Below are positions 17,877 through 20,000 of a DNA stretch of 20,000 nt, one piece after another. The stretch is taken from IMG/VR virus record IMGVR_UViG_3300023180_000037; one strand, given 5' to 3'. Every line of letters starts with the position of its first letter. The first letter of the stretch is position 1. The notes beneath the pieces were generated by a model. It worked only from the letters and a program-made list of their open reading frames with translations, had not been told where the DNA came from and did no database searches. This DNA is from an uncultured virus (IMG/VR IMGVR_UViG_3300023180_000037) (taxonomy: Duplodnaviria; Heunggongvirae; Uroviricota; Caudoviricetes). The position numbers and the translations under genes were made by a program.

Positions 17877-18886
17877 CTTATCTTGTAGTTGGCGCAGGTT
17901 TCGCAGGGGCAGTGTATGCTCGCGAACTTGCTGAAGCAGGTCACAAAGTCACTGTTATTGATGCTCGCGATCATATTGCGGGCAATGCGTACGACTATAT
18001 TAATGAGCACGGCATTCGAGTGCATAAGTATGGTCCGCATATCTTCCACACTTCTAACGAACGAGTCGTTGAGTGGATGAGTCAATTTACAGACTGGGTT
18101 GAACATAAACATAAAGTTCTCGCCAAGCACACTGATGGTGAGTTCTATGTGCTCCCGCCCAACAAAGATACTGTCGCACGCATTGGTCAAGATAATATTG
18201 TAGATACTTTCTTCCGACCTTACACCAAGAAGATGTGGGACAAAGAGATCGAGGAGTTGAATCCTAAGATTCTAGAACGTGTACCTGTACGCGATGACGA
18301 CAACGAATATTACTTCCCGAACGACGACTTTCAAAAGATGCCAGCGGATGGATACACCGCAATGTTTGAACGTATCTTTGATCACGAAAATATTAGAGTT
18401 GTCCTTGATTATCCTTTCGATAAGAAAATGGAAGATGACGTTGATCACATATTCAATAGCATGCCCATTGACGAATATTATGATTATGAGTTTGGTGAGT
18501 TGCCATACCGCAGTATCAAATTTGACACTGTGACTTTGCCCGAGAAGCAGATGTACAAGACCGCAACTACAAACTTCACCACCTACGATGGTCCGACTCG
18601 CGTGACTGAGTGGAAAGTCTTTCCTAATCACGGCGAGAACGATATGGCAACCACCTTGACTTATGAGTATCCATGTGACTATAAGGATAACAACATGGAG
18701 CGATACTATCCTGTCAAAGATATTGAAGGCAACAATGCCGAGATCTATGGCAAGTATCTTGCTAAAACTGTATTGGACAATCCAAAGATGTCATTCATTG
18801 GTCGATGCGGGACTTATCAGTATCTGGACATGCATCAGGTTATCAATCAATCGCTAGCTGGAGTCAAGAAGTTCCTAAGTGATTGA
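17873..18886 (+). CDS. glf: UDP-galactopyranose mutase
   Basis: VVGAGFAG FAD motif, HIAGNAYD, HKYGPHIFHT, YTKKMW, GELPYRS, TRVTEWK, RYYPV, GRCGTYQYLDMHQVI. Confidence 0.96.
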   Translation: MTYLVVGAGFAGAVYARELAEAGHKVTVIDARDHIAGNAYDYINEHGIRVHKYGPHIFHTSNERVVEWMSQFTDWVEHKHKVLAKHTDGEFYVLPPNKDTVARIGQDNIVDTFFRPYTKKMWDKEIEELNPKILERVPVRDDDNEYYFPNDDFQKMPADGYTAMFERIFDHENIRVVLDYPFDKKMEDDVDHIFNSMPIDEYYDYEFGELPYRSIKFDTVTLPEKQMYKTATTNFTTYDGPTRVTEWKVFPNHGENDMATTLTYEYPCDYKDNNMERYYPVKDIEGNNAEIYGKYLAKTVLDNPKMSFIGRCGTYQYLDMHQVINQSLAGVKKFLSD

Positions 18887-18888
18887 TT
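18876..18888 (-). promoter_or_regulatory. IHF-binding consensus site
   Basis: Reverse strand reads AATCAATCACTTA = WATCAANNNNTTR, ending 19 nt upstream of a -35 box. Confidence 0.55.
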
Positions 18889-18907
18889 TCCCTATAGTTT
18901 TTTGAAC

Positions 18908-18936
18908 TTGCTTTTGATCAGTAATACAGGCATAAT
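18908..18936 (+). promoter_or_regulatory. Sigma70-type (early) promoter
   Basis: TTGCTT (18908-18913), 17 nt, CATAAT (18931-18936); AAGGA SD before ATG 18965. Confidence 0.7.
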
Positions 18937-18964
18937 GATTGTTGGTTCATAAGGAAACTATATT

Positions 18965-19507
18965 ATGTTAGAACTCATCATTGACGATTCTATGGATTGG
19001 ACACCCCTGTCCAAAGTGCCGTCATATAAAACTATTCTCGCCGAAACATTTTGGCGCGACGCACCTTCAACCAACGTAGTTTATTTGGTTGCGCACAAGG
19101 ATGATCTCGAAACCATTGGTGATGAGATTCTCCATGAACAGATGGGTTACATTGGACAAACTAGCAACTGCCAGTATCGAGTTGCTTCTTTGAAGTCCAC
19201 TGCCCATAATTGCGGTAAGTACATCCGTTCGCAAGGTTGGTCGAAAGACGATGTGTTTATTCGTTGCCTATATACTGCTGACGGTGATCAAACTACTTTA
19301 GAAAAACATCTACACGATGAGATGAAGAGTCAGTTTGGATATAGGTTCAAGTGGAGATCTGCTTCTGCTGGTAACGATGGCAAAGTTGTACAGATTGATT
19401 CTCTCTTAGAGAAGTGTAACAAAGTAGAACTTAAAGAAGTTCTGTCGCTCACTAAAAATCGTTTAAGTGATATTTTGCTTCAAGAGTTTATGGAGGAGGA
19501 AGACTAA
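18965..19507 (+). CDS. GIY-YIG-family nuclease-like protein
   Basis: VVYLV...GYIGQT...YR...LEKHL matches the GIY, YIG, Arg and Glu catalytic pattern; acidic helical tail. Confidence 0.65.
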   Translation: MLELIIDDSMDWTPLSKVPSYKTILAETFWRDAPSTNVVYLVAHKDDLETIGDEILHEQMGYIGQTSNCQYRVASLKSTAHNCGKYIRSQGWSKDDVFIRCLYTADGDQTTLEKHLHDEMKSQFGYRFKWRSASAGNDGKVVQIDSLLEKCNKVELKEVLSLTKNRLSDILLQEFMEEED

Positions 19508-20000
19508 TGGCAAATCATGTAAGTCAATATCTCAGTCTTAGGAGTGAGTTGAACGAGAAGGGTCGTGAAGTTTGGAATCAAATCCTTGGTCGATTGGATA
19601 ATGATGACACTGCTAACGATCACGAGAAACATCTTGGGTTCATCTTCTTTGACTCCTACGACGAGATGGATCGTACGAACATGTGCGAACTTGTAGGTGC
19701 GAAGTGGGCATACTGTACAGACCGTGATGAAAGCAGTCTGTCAATGTACTCTGCTTGGTCACCTTGTATTGAGTTCTGTGCGTATCTCGCTGAGCAGATC
19801 GGACACGTCGATCCTTGTGTTCAACTTGCCTTGACCTATGAGGACGAGTTCTGCAACTTCATTGGGTGCGCTATCTTTGATGCTGGCGGTCTTGAAGATC
19901 AAGCAGAACTTGAGAGCGATGAGTTCATTGATATGGTCCTTGAAGGCGACGAAGATCTTCAAGCACACTTCAACGCTGAAGAACGTGAGTTTGATGACGA
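19507..20000 (+). CDS. Hypothetical protein, DUF1281/YubB ferredoxin-like (3'-truncated; absent from the ORF track)
   Basis: TAATG overlap with the previous gene and GGAGG SD; open to window end: MANHVSQYL...VGAKWAY...YSAWSPC...LTYEDEFCNFIG. Confidence 0.65.
   Translation, partial: MANHVSQYLSLRSELNEKGREVWNQILGRLDNDDTANDHEKHLGFIFFDSYDEMDRTNMCELVGAKWAYCTDRDESSLSMYSAWSPCIEFCAYLAEQIGHVDPCVQLALTYEDEFCNFIGCAIFDAGGLEDQAELESDEFIDMVLEGDEDLQAHFNAEEREFDD

Noticed and set aside
14719..18886. Reading the sugar genes as a bacterial O-antigen locus (host contamination or prophage boundary)
   Set aside because: Genes are contiguous and coupled with phage genes, there is no flippase, polymerase or integrase, and the RGCY deficit continues through them. 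Glycosylation of capsid or host surface remains a live alternative function
19759..19968. Minus-strand 69-aa ORF
   Set aside because: Antisense to the + strand gene starting at 19507, which has an SD and recognisable motifs
1..20000. tRNAs, CRISPR arrays, introns or inteins
   Set aside because: Intergenic gaps are short, no repeat-spacer pattern was seen, and core genes are uninterrupted and of ordinary length

Overview
This is a 20-kb segment of a T4-like myophage genome, and all credible genes are on the + strand. It has the aquatic T4-like layout (no gp24 after gp23). The IscU and an IHF site suggest a proteobacterial host. Positions 1-4195 hold the head module (gp20 C-terminus, gp67/gp68-like, gp21, gp22, gp23, terminator). 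Next come a terminator-bounded secreted-protein cassette, gp3, uvsY, DUF2452-like and basic ORFs, a host-like iscU, uvsW, gp55, gp47, a glutaredoxin, a methyltransferase and gp46. Positions 12681-18886 are the most notable part: a tightly coupled cluster of a small 2OG-Fe(II) oxygenase, a TET/JBP-like dioxygenase, a cytidylyltransferase, a GalE-like epimerase, two glycosyltransferases and UDP-galactopyranose mutase. This looks like a post-replicative DNA hypermodification pathway using a furanose sugar. A GIY-YIG nuclease with its own promoter follows. The tetramer class RGCY is strongly depleted across the window. All calls come from motif recognition by eye; no searches were run.
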